Source: Mobula hypostoma (taxonomy: Eukaryota). Taken from it: a DNA stretch of 64,000 nt. The stretch covers positions 28,460,001 to 28,524,000 of the forward strand of contig NC_086108.1 in assembly GCF_963921235.1 (NCBI RefSeq), read 5' to 3'. Below are positions 38,231-49,537 of the stretch, piece by piece. Under the pieces are notes generated by a model. It saw only the letters and a program-made list of their open reading frames with translations. It was not told the origin of the DNA and searched no databases. A program made the position numbers and the translations under genes. Position 1 is the first letter of the stretch, and every line of letters begins with the position of its first letter.

Positions 38231-41200
38231 GAAAGTGGCCAGTGAGTGAGTGGGCCAGCGAAGAAGTGGAGCTTTGAGACTTTGACTCCAGAGATTCTGG
38301 CAGTTTTGGCAGTTGGTCTGTGCAACAAGTTAATCAAAGTTTGAATAGCTCAGACTCAGCAGAAAGCGGCTGCTTGGGCAATCGAGGTCAGGTGACCAAG
38401 CATTTTGAAAAGCTGAAACAGATAAATAGAGGGATAGCTCAAGCGAAGCGGCCAGTGAAGGAGTGGAGCTTTGAGGCTTTGACTCGAGAGGCTTCAACGA
38501 GAGGAGGAGGAGGAGAAGCTTGCTCGCAGTTAGTTTTTACAATGTCTCCTGAGACAGTGATATGCCTCTCATGTGAGATGTGGCAGTCTTGGAGGGAAAC
38601 TCCCCTCTCCCGCAGTCACATCTGCCAGAAGTGCATACGGCTGGGTGATCTGGAAGACCATGTAAGGAATCTGGAGCAAGAGCTGGATGATCTTCGACTC
38701 ATAAAGGAGAATGAGGCAGTCATAGATGAGAGCTACAGGGAAGTAGTCACACCTCGGCTGTCGGAAGCAGGTCATTGGGTGACAGTCAGAGGGGGGAAAG
38801 CGAAGGTGAGCAGACAGGTAGTGCAGAGCACCCCTGTAGCCATTCCCCTGAATAATAAGTTTACCGTCCTGGATACTGTTGGCAGGGACGACCGACCAGG
38901 TGTGAGCCACGGTGGCAGGGCCTCCGAGACTGAGTCTGACCCTGTGATGCAGAAGGGTGGGACAGAGAAGAGGAGAGCTGTCGTCATTGGAGACTCTATA
39001 GTCAGGGGAGCAGACAGGAGATTTTGTGGATGTGAGAAGGAGACCCGCATAGTTTGTTGCCTCCTGGGTGCCAGGGTCTGGGATGTCTCTGACCGGGTGC
39101 ACGACATCCTGGAACGAGAGGGAAAGCAACCAGAAGTCGTGATACATGTAGGGACCAACGACATAGGCAGGAAGAGGGATGAGATCCTGAAGTGTGAATT
39201 TTGGGAACTAGGCAGAAGGCTGAAGAACAGGACCTCAAGGGTGGCGTTCTCAAGATTGCTGCCAGCTCTACGTGACAGTGATGGTAAGAATTGGGAGATA
39301 GCAGTTGAATGCGTGGCTGAGGAGTTGGTGCAGGGGGCAGGGTTTTAGATTTTTGGATCATTGGGATCTCTTCTGGGGAAGGTGGGACCTGTACAGATTG
39401 GATGTGTTGCACCTGAACTCGAGGGGGAGCAATATCCTTGCAGGTAGGTTTGTTAGTATGGTTCGGGAGGGTTTAAACTAATTTGCAAGGGGGCTGGGGC
39501 CCAGAGCGATAGAGCAGTGAAAGAAGTGCATGGAGTAAAGCCAGATCTAACATACAGAGAGGCTTTGAGGAAAGAGAAGCAGAATAAACGGTGTAAAGAC
39601 AGTAAGGTAGAAGGGTTGAAGTGTGTGTACCTCAATGCAAGAAGCATCAGGAACAAAGGTGATGAACTGAGAGCTTGGATACATACATGGAATTATGATG
39701 TAGTGGCCATTACAGAGACTTGGCTGGCACCAGGGCAGGAATGGATTCTCAATATTCCTGGATTTCAGTGCTTTAAAAGGGATAGAGAAGGCAGAAAAAG
39801 GGGAGGAGGGGTGGCATTACTAGTCAGGGATACTATTACAGCTACAGAAAGGGTGGGTAATGTAGCAGGATCCTCTTTTGAATCAGTATGGGTGGAAGTC
39901 AGGAACAGGAAGGGAGCAGTTACTCTACTGGGGGTATTCTATAGGCCCCGTGGTAGCAGCAGAGATACAGGGGAGCAGATTGGGAGGCAGATTTTGGAAA
40001 GGTGCAAAAATAACAGGGTTGTTATCATGGGTGACTTTAACTTCCCTAATATTGATTGGCACCTGATTAGTTCCAAGGGTTTAGATGGGGCAGAGTTTGT
40101 TAAGTGTGTCCAGGACGGATTCCTGTCACAGTATGTGGACAGGCCGACTGGGGGAATGCCATACTAGATCTAGTACTTGGTAATGAATCGGGTCAGGTCA
40201 CAGATCTCTATGGGTGAGCATCTGGGGGACAGTGACCACCGCTCCCTGGCCTTTAGCATTATCATGGAAAAGGAAAGAATCAGAGAGGACAGGAAAATTT
40301 TTAACCGGGAAAGGGCAAATTATGAGGCTATAAGGCTAGAACTTGCGGGTGTGAATTGGGATGATGTTTTTGCAGGGAAATGTACTATGGACATGTGGTC
40401 GATGTTTAGAGATCTCTTGCAGGATGTTAGGGATAAGTTTGTCCCGGTGAGGAAGATAAAGAATGGTAGGGTGAAGGAACCATGGGTGACAAGTGAGGTG
40501 GAAAATCTAGTCAGGTGGAAGAAGGCAGCATACATGAGGTTTAGGAAGCAAGGATCAGATGGGTCTATTGAGGAATATAGGGAAGCAAGAAAGGAGCTTA
40601 AGAAGGGGGCAGAGAAGAGCAAGAAGGGGGCATGAGAAGGCCTTGGCGAGTAGGGTAAAGGAAAACCTCAAGGCATTCTTCAATTATGTGAAGAAAAAAA
40701 GGATGACAGGAGTGAAGGTAGGACCAATTAGAGATAAAGGTGGGAAGATGTGCTTGGAGGTTGTGGAAGTGAGCGAGGTCCTCAATGAATACTTCTCTTC
40801 GATATTCACCAATGAGAGGAAACTTGATGATGATGAGGACAATATGAGTGAGGCTGATGTTCTGGAGCATGTTGATATTAAGGGAGAGGAAGTGTTGGAG
40901 TTGTTGAAATACATTAGGACGGTTAAGTCCCCGGGGCCCGACGGAATATTCCCAGGCTGCTCCACGGGGCGAGGGAAGAGATTGCTGAGCCTCTGGCTAG
41001 GATCTTTATGTCCTCGTTGTCCACGGGAATGGTACCGAAGGATTGGAGGGAGGTGAATGTTGTCCCCTTGTTCAAAAAAGGTAGTAGGGATAGTCCAGGT
41101 AATTATAGACCAATGAGCCTTACGACTGTGGTGGGAAAGCTGTTCGAAAAGATTCTTAGAGATAGGATCTCTGGGCATTTAGAGAATCATGGTCTGATCA

Positions 41201-42463
41201 GGGACAGTCAGCATGGCTTTGTGAAGGAGAGATCGTGTCTAACAAGTCTGATAGAGTTCTTTGAGGAGGTGACCAGGCATATAGATGAGGGTAGTGCAGT
41301 GGATGTGTTCTATATGGATTTTAGTAAGGCATTCGAAAAGGTTCCACATGGTAGGCTTATTCAGAAAGTCAGAAGGCATGGGATCCAGGGAAGTTTAGCC
41401 AGGTAGATTCAGAATTGGCTTGCCTGCAGGAGGCAGAGGGTCGTGGTGGAGGGAGTACATTCAGATTGGTGGATTGTGACTAGTGGTGTCCCACAAGGAT
41501 CTGTTCTGGGACCTCTACTTTTTGTGATTTTTATTAACAACATGGATGTGGGGGTAGAAGGGTGGGTTGGCAAGCTTGCAGACAACACAAAGATTGGTGG
41601 TGTTGTAGATAGTGCAGAGGATTGTCAAAGATTGCAGAGAGACATTGATAGGATGCAGAAGTGGGCTAAGAAGTGGCGGATGGAGTTCAACCTGGAGAAG
41701 TGTGAGGTGGTACATTTTGGAAGGACAAACTCCAAGGCAGAGTACAAAGTAAATGGCAGGATACTTGGTAGTGTGGAGGAGCAGAGGGATCTCGGGGTAC
41801 ATGTCCACAGATTCCTGAAAGTTGCCTCACAGGTGGATAGGGTAGTTCAGAAAGCTTATGGGGTGTTAGCTTTCATAAGTCGAGGGATAGAGTTTAAGAG
41901 TCGCGAGGTAATGATGCAGCTCCATAAAACTACGGTGAGGCCACACTTGGAGTACTGTGTCCAGTTCTGGTCGCCTCACTATAGGAAGGATATGGAAGCA
42001 TTGGAAAGGGTACAGAGGAGATTTACCAGAATGCTGCCTGGTTTAGAGAGTATGCATTACGACCAGAGATCAAGGGAGCTAGGGGTTTACTCTTTGGAGA
42101 GACGGAGGATGAGAGGAGACATGATAGACAAGATAATAAGAGGAATAGATAGAGTGGATAGCCAACACCTCTTCCCCAGGGCACCACTGCTCAATACAAG
42201 AGGACATGGCTTTAAGGTAAGGGGTGGGAAGTTCAAGCGGGATATTAGAGGAAGGTTTTTTATTCAGAGAGTGGTTGGTGCGTGGAATGCACTGTCTGAG
42301 TCAGTGGTGGAGGCAGATACACTAGTGAAGTTTAAGAGACTACTAGACAGGTATATGGAGGAATTTAAGGTGGGGGCTTATATGGGAGGCAGGGTTTGAG
42401 GGTCGGCACAACATTGTGGGCTGAAGGGCCTGTACTGTGCTGTACTATTCTATGTTCTATGTT
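38231..42463 (+). mobile_element. Near full-length CR1 LINE, inactivated
   Basis: 5' UTR, ORF1, ORF2 with APE (YLNARS, VVAITETW, GVALLV, MGDFN, SDH) and RT (GVPQGSVLGP; FADD mutated to LADN), several frameshifts, stop at 41404-41406, (TTCTATG)-type tail. Confidence 0.95.
38542..39348 (+). pseudogene. CR1 ORF1p: Cys/His motif, coiled coil and SGNH/GDSL esterase domain
   Basis: CLSCEMW...HICQKC, heptad LEDHVRNLEQELDDLRL, VVIGDSIVRG, VVIHVGTND; apparent frameshift near 39290. Confidence 0.85.
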
Positions 42464-42789
42464 AACATTGGCTTTTGCTGGTAGGTAAGCTGCGGTCGGG
42501 ATCATGAAGGGCAATTCTTTTGGTAAGTAGAATGATTGGCACTTCATTGTTGAATGTTCCAGATCGGAGGAACAAGAATGCAACAAGACCGCTACATTCA
42601 AGCGCCACGAAGAGTTTATCATGAAACACAGACCCCAACCTTTTGTCTTTTCTGAATCAGTAATCCAGTCCTTCCAGTGTATTGAGAAGCCTTTGGAGGT
42701 CACCAACGTATCTGCTGTGTCTGGAGTGAGCCATTCATGGATTTCATAGATTCTTCTACCAACTACTTACTTAAAGTGGGCAATTAATA

Positions 42790-42940
42790 TACCAGCTGCA
42801 CGTCTTTGGGATACGAGAGGAAAGCTGAGCACTCAAGGGAAGCCCATGGTGTCAAAGGGAGAAGATACAGACTCCACACAGATAGCAGCCCAGGTTAAGA
42901 TCGAACTTGGTAACTGGAGCTGTGAGACAACTATGCAACA
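42790..42940 (-). mobile_element. V-SINE
   Basis: cgtctttggga...gaggaaagctgagcac...agactccacacagatagca...gatcgaac. Confidence 0.7.
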
Positions 42941-43517
42941 TTGCACCATTTGCTTGCTGGAGATCAATGTTTAACAAAAAGAGATTTACCAAGGTTCCTG
43001 ATATTGGAAGAGTAAATGGAGATCAGGCAAAAGAGAACTGGGATTGAATGTCATGCTCTCCATCACAGAGCTGAACAATGTCTCAGTGGTCAGTTATGCA
43101 GCATGGTCACTGAGGGAGGATGGCTGGCATTCATGGAATTGTACCCATCATTAGACTTTCTTAAGACAGACAGTAGAAATACAGCATTCGTGTTACGTAT
43201 TTGCATGAGTTATTTATAACACAAATACATATACATACTCATTAAACATGCAAAAATTGCATTAACATAAATAATATTCTGAAAGCTTGCATTGTGCAAA
43301 TTAATTCTATCATAGCAAGCTGTGTATAAAAATTGAAAATAGAAGCTGGCTTACATTAGAAGTCACAGTTCAAAGAATGTTCATGTAATGTATGTGTAAG
43401 ACTCAGGAGGTTAAGAAGCTGAATTTATGGTGCACTGGGGCCCCATTTATCAAATGACAGAACTTTGGCCTTGTGCAGAGAAAAGGGAAAATGAATGTGT
43501 GCCTCTGCTAAACTTCA

Positions 43518-43708
43518 TCAACTTGCATTATGCCACTTGTTCAGCTCTTTCTGTCCCTTGATGTCAGGGTCTGTCCTGGTGGGACTGAGGCAGCACACAA
43601 CAGCAGATGGTGTCTCTGAAGCAAAGGGCTCCGAGGACACAGAGCCCGCCTCATCCCTCTCATGCGAGTCCCCCTCCTCCTCCGAGAACAGTTTGATTTC
43701 CTCTGGGA
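43518..43708 (-). CDS. Candidate alternative terminal exon of ACBD6 (unverified)
   Basis: AAG/CAG tandem acceptor at 43709-43714; phase-1 frame open for 63 residues to TGA TGA; GC-rich non-repeat island. Confidence 0.3.
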
Positions 43709-45162
43709 CTGCTTGTGGGCAATAAAGTAATCTCAGGAGGGCTCTTGTCTACACATCAGGATATTGCTGATTGTTTGAATATACACAAAAAACATTCACA
43801 CAAACACACATGGATGTCTGCTGGTTTAGAAATATCATCTCTGCAATTTAAATCTGATATTCAGATTACAGAACAGGTTCATTCACATAATTTATCAGAA
43901 TCACTTAGTTGAGTTAATAGATAATGTGAAGAAGCAGATTTATGTGCTCAGTCTATTGTGCAAGGTTTGGGGATAGCTGGGAAAATGCAGAGCTTGGGTT
44001 AAACTGCAGCTCAAAAGAAAACTGCTGTTGTCCAGAAACTCAATTTCTAAGGTATATCTCTACCAATTTGTTAACATATTAAGTTCATTTTTAAATCAGA
44101 ACTCAATTTGCTTGAATAACAAAAATAATCTTTAAACCCAATGACTGAGATAGCCAGAATTTCACACTTACTTCATATAACCTTGAATTAAAAAAAGTTG
44201 ACCTATGTAGAATATGCATGTGACATAGCTGGCATCTGCAGCTACTTAAATAGAAACTTAGACCATAATATTATGAGCCTGATTGTATCCTGAATTTTCA
44301 AGAATAAATTGTGTGTATGCACAAAACCAAGCTGAAAGACTTAAATTACAAGGAGAGAATGCACAGACTAGGTTTATGCTGTCATGAATTTGGATGATTA
44401 TGAGACAATCTAACTAAAGTGTTTTAGATGATCAACTGAGTTGCTCAGATGGATGGTAAGGAACCATTTGCTGTTCCGTCAAGAGAACTGACCAAGGATT
44501 ACATGGCCCATCAAGAATAGGCAAAATTGCCAATGAAGTCTTTCCTTGAAATTCTATTAACGGTGGGAGTCAATTTAAAATTTCAAAACAGATTCGTAAT
44601 TGATGGAGTTGTATAGGTACTCCCCAGCTTGTGAACAATCAACCTACATACGAGCAACCATTTAGTAAAGAGGCCCCAGTGGCACTGCGGGCATCTTCTG
44701 CCATGTCAGCACGAGGCTCCGAACTGTTGGCAGAGGTAGAACCCTGGTGTAACCTAAGGAGGATCTGTAAAACACAAGTCAGAACCTTGAGCCCACCTAA
44801 ACTGTCCATCAGCTACTCGTTTACACTAATCCTGACTGATTCTCTGCACATCATGTAAAATTTTAGATATCAAAACCACTGCAGCAACTCCTCTAATGAA
44901 CTAGACTAGTTTAATGCAGGGTATACTTGTGTCAGGTGAGTGTTAAGGTGAGAAGGTGAATATGTGGATTATGGAGGAGACATGGAGTAGCTAAAATGTA
45001 AAAGAGTAACTGAGTTCTTGAGTGCCACTGCTACTGGTGCAGCAAAGCAGAAATGTCAGCCTTAAAGTACAACCTGAAATTAAGCCTTTTTCACGTTTTC
45101 CAGACTAATGTAGCTGGAAACATAAGTTGTGATTTTGACAAATTACTGATTACACATACCAT

Positions 45163-45421
45163 GAAAAAGGAAACGTACGTCGCATCCGGAGTTTCTCCAG
45201 TTGGCAGACGATTTCCCTCCACGCCTCTCTGACGTAGGGGAATTGCGTTCGAGGCAAGTTACAGCAGTGGTTTGCCATTGCCTTCTGCCGGGTGAGTTTC
45301 CAAAGAGATCACCAGCTCGTAACCCAGCATGGACGGAAGTCATGCAGGGGAGCTGGCTGGATTCGAACTTGGGACCTTTCGTCCTGAAGTCTGACGCTGA
45401 TGCCACTATGCCACCAGCCGG
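45163..45421 (-). mobile_element. tRNA-derived SINE
   Basis: Minus-strand head with A box TGGCATAGTGG and B box GTTCGAATC, then gaaggcaatggcaaaccactg and a T-rich end. Confidence 0.8.
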
Positions 45422-48400
45422 ATCATATGAAGCTATTCAAAATACACGTCAGAAATTAACCAAGAAAAACAAGGCACGACATCCCTGCTTGAAAATTCAG
45501 ATTGGTTGTTTAAACAAAAAGAAAAAAGTCATGCAAAGTTTTCAGTAAATCAACAACTAAGTCTTTTTGCTAGTGGATTTTTGTATTATACTGTATTCCT
45601 CTGCATTATGTTTGCTTAGGTTACAGAAATCCACCCTTAAAGAGTTTCCAAAACACTACCAAAAAGTTTGAGATACAGAATAAAAATTTGTTCTTATGGA
45701 ATTTATTTGAGAAAAAAAAGCTAAATGAACACAGATTGAAAAAGAATCACCAAATTTAGTCAATTTTTGTCAAGATTTTCTTGGAATGCAACCCCTCCAT
45801 AATGTGAGGGTAAACTCTACTTTTAGTTCATTATTTCAAACCTAAATATTCCACCCCTGTATTGTTTCCAGACACAACCCATTTATTGTTAGATGTTTTA
45901 ACAGTTTAAAAGGATACAAGATAAAAATCATTGAACCTCACTTAAATCCTGGCACTATTTATGACTTTATAAAGAAATTTAGCAAGTGAATTAAAATTCT
46001 GATGCCAAAATCTATTGTACAAGATGGAGGATTGATGAAGTATTATAAATATGTGGGAAACAAAGTGTGTTGTGAACTGGGTTAGGAGTTAATTCCACCT
46101 AGTCCTGAGCTGAAGGGCACATCTGTAGTTCTCTGAGAATATTGTTACTGATGAAGGCACAATGAGGATTGTTCAGAGGAATTTTAATTTAGAAAGGAGG
46201 CAGAAGCCACAGACAGTACATGATTAAAGCTGTTATTCACCTTTACCCTGTTCCATCTTGGATCTAGCAGCTGCACACCCACCCACCAATATTTCACACT
46301 TTATCACCACAGGTGACAGTGAAAGGCCAATTCTGATAAAACGGCATTTAATAAGTACTGGAGTTCAACAGCTTTAGCCACAATAAGCAAAGTCTGACTC
46401 TGAGTTATGCGTGTGTTCAATATGTTCAGTTGAACAATAGCTCCGGCAAGGCAAATAAGTGAAATAAATGGTTTTCACTGTTTCTATATTTCAGTAATTA
46501 AGAAAAAATATTTTTGTTCCACAGTGTTTCTGCAGTTTTCTGGAAGTTACATTGTAAATCTGGGGCAGGTCATTCCAATGGAGAGGACTGGGCCTGAGGG
46601 AGATGGGGAAGTTTCATACATTGTTCAACTTAAAAGTTATTCAAAGGTACAGGTTTACTAAAATGTTTGTGAACCCTGGAGATTTTTCTCTATTTCTGTA
46701 TAAATATGACCTAAAATGCGATCAGATCTTCATGCAAGTCCTAAAATTAGATAAGAAATAAATAAATAACACAAAAAACATTATACTTGTTCATTAATTT
46801 ATTGAGAAGAATGATCCAATATTACATGTATTTGTTGGAAAAAGTTTGTGAACCTCTGCGGTACTGCCTTTCACAAAAGCTATCTGAAGTCTACATGTGT
46901 TCCAATCAATAGGATGAGATTGGAGGTGAGAGTTGCAGGGGTGCCCTGCACTACGAAAAGGACATGAAGGTTGCTGACAGAGCCTGCTCTTCTCAAAAAA
47001 GATCCGTTTATGTGCACCATGCCTTGATCAAAACAACTTTCAGAGGACCTTAGAAAAATTGTAGAGATGCATGAAGCTGGAAAAGGCTACAAAAGCACTT
47101 TTAAAGACCTGAGTGTTCATCAGTCCACAGTAAGAGAAACTGTCTACAAATGGAGGAAACTCAATACTGTTGCTACTCTCCATAGGAGTGGACATCCTGC
47201 AAAGATCACACCAAAAGCATAATGTGCAATGCTGAAGGAGGTGAAAAAGAATCAGGGGTAACAGCAAAAAGCCTGCAGAAGTATTTAGGACTTGCTAAAG
47301 TCTCTGTTCATGCGTCCACTACAAGAAAAACACTGAACAAGAATAGTGTCTACAGAGGAAATCACTGCTTTCCAAAAAAAAACATTCCTGCATGTCTCAA
47401 GTTTGCAAACGACCAATTAGATGTTCCACAACACTTCTGGGACAATATTCTGTGGACAGATGAGACAAAAGTTGATCTTTTCGGCAGAAATGCACATTGC
47501 TATATTTGCAAGAAAAGGGGCACTGCACACTAACACCAAAACCTCATCCCACCTGTGAAGCATGGTAGAAGGAGCATTTTGGTTTGGGGCTACTTTGCTG
47601 CCTCAAGGCAGTGAGCGTTTGAAATCGTTGAGGGTACAATGAGTTCAAAATTGTATCAAGACATTTTACAGGAGAATGTCAGGGCAGCAGTCTATCACCA
47701 TAAGCTTAATAGAAGTTGGATAATGCAACAAGACAATAATTTGAAAGTCAAGAGTAAATCAATAACAGAATCATTTAAAAAGAAGAAAATTTGTGTTTTT
47801 GAATAGCCAAGTCAATGTCCTGACCTTAATCATACAGAAATATTGTGGAAGGACCTGAAGCAAGCAGTTCATGCAAGGAAGCCCACTAGCATCCCAGAAT
47901 TGAAGCAGTTTTGTAAGGAAGAATGGCCTAAAATTCCTCCAAGCCAATGTGCAGGACTGATCGACAGTTACTGGAAACATTTGGTTGAAGTTATTGCTGT
48001 ACAAGGGGGTCACACCAGTTACTGAAAGCAAAGGTTCACATACTTTTTCCAACAAGTACATGTAATATTGAATGAATGAATGAACAAAATTTATTTCAGT
48101 CAGTACAAACATAACAAAAAGCATCATTTTCAATGATGATTTCATAGGACAAAATTATAACAAAAAAACATAGATATTCTTTAAAACAGACCGAAAGGTT
48201 GTAGGCTGAAGCTACAGCTTATTACGCCTACCTCTCTTACTTAAACAACAAAATATATGACGTCAATCATCACATCAAAACAAAAAAATTCATAATCTTT
48301 TCACACATTTATTTACATTACTCCCATTCATTTTAAATCACGTATTTTATATTTGTTCATTAAATTATTTTTAAATAACTTTTTAAACTTGTTAAGTGTG

Positions 48401-49432
48401 GTGCATGTTTTTAAATTCTCACTACAACTGTTCCACAGATTCACCCCCTGACTGAAATACAATGACTTTTTACATTTGTTCTTATTGCTTGTTTTTGAAA
48501 TATACATGTTCCTCTCAAATCATGTTGACTTTCTCTCATTTTAAACAACCTTCGGATACTTTGTGGTAGCTGTCCATCTTTTATTTTATACATAATTTGT
48601 ATTATTTTAAAATCTACAAAATCTCCGAATTTTGAAGTGCTTACTTGAATAAATAGTGGATTGGTTGGCTCATAATAACTTGTCTTATTTACAATTCGTA
48701 TGACTTTCTCTTGGAGTAGAACAATTGAGTTTGTATTTGTTTTGTATGTATTTCCCCATACCTCTGCACAGCAAGTCATGTATGGGACTATAAGTGAACA
48801 GTATAATGTATACAAAGGTTCCTGATTTAAGAAATCTTGCACTTTGTACAGTATTGCAATAGATTTTCACATTTTTGCTTTGACATAATTTATATGTGGT
48901 TTCCAGCTTATTTTATTATCTATTATCACTCCTAAAAATTTTGTTTCAAATACCTTATCAATTTCAACATAATTTATTCTAAGTTTACTGTATGAGTTTG
49001 GTACACGGTTTCCAAATATTATGAATTTAGTTTTACTTAGATTTAGTGATAATTTGTTAGTGTCAAACCATTTCTTTATAATTTTTAGTTCTTTCTCCGC
49101 TGTATCCAAAAGTTGTTTCAGATGTTCCCCACTACAAAATATAGTTATCATCAGCAAATAATATACATTTTAATGTCTGAGAGACCGTACACATATCGTT
49201 TATATACAAAACGAACAGCAATGGACCAAGCACTGAACCTTGTGGAACCCCACAAGTTACCCTCAAAAGTTTTGAATTCGAGTTGTTTATATGTACATAC
49301 TGATACCTGTCTTCCAAATAACTACTTAACCAGTCAAACAACAGGAATTCTGCAGATGCTGGAAATTCAAGCAACACACATCAAAGTTGCTGGTGAACGC
49401 AGCAGGCCAAGCAGCATCTATAGGAAGAGGCG

Positions 49433-49470
49433 CAGTCGACGTTTCAGGCCGAGACCCTTCGTCAGGACTA
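49433..49470 (-). ncRNA. Minimal hammerhead motif (sense to ACBD6 pre-mRNA)
   Basis: TAGTC-CTGACGA-AGG-GTCTCGG-CCT-GAAAC-GTC-GACTG. Confidence 0.75.
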
Positions 49471-49499
49471 ACGGAAGGAGAGTTCACTCTTCCTTCAGT

Positions 49500-49537
49500 T
49501 AGTCCTGATGAAGGGTCTCGGCCTGAAACGTCGACTG
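49500..49537 (+). ncRNA. Minimal hammerhead motif
   Basis: TAGTC-CTGATGA-AGG-GTCTCGG-CCT-GAAAC-GTC-GACTG. Confidence 0.75.

Larger units (their letters stand above)
34963..42740 (-). mobile_element. Rex1/Babar LINE (APE + RT, decayed) hosting three later insertions; own sequence ~34963-35190, 35850-38230, 42462-42740
   Basis: ASIILVPKK..DYLPIALASTVMKCFEKLV..LDPFQFAY, AFNTIIP, FKFLD..SED, HHPGHALLSLLPSGRRYRS; the APE reading AYLPAKANV / LEVLSANINKQE is split by the CR1. Confidence 0.85.

Noticed and set aside
43495..43725. Plus-strand 76-aa ORF ending at an AATAAA
   Set aside because: Antisense shadow of the minus-strand frame; no supporting gene structure.
45345..45421. Possible tRNA gene
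   Set aside because: Continues into a SINE body; treated as a SINE head.
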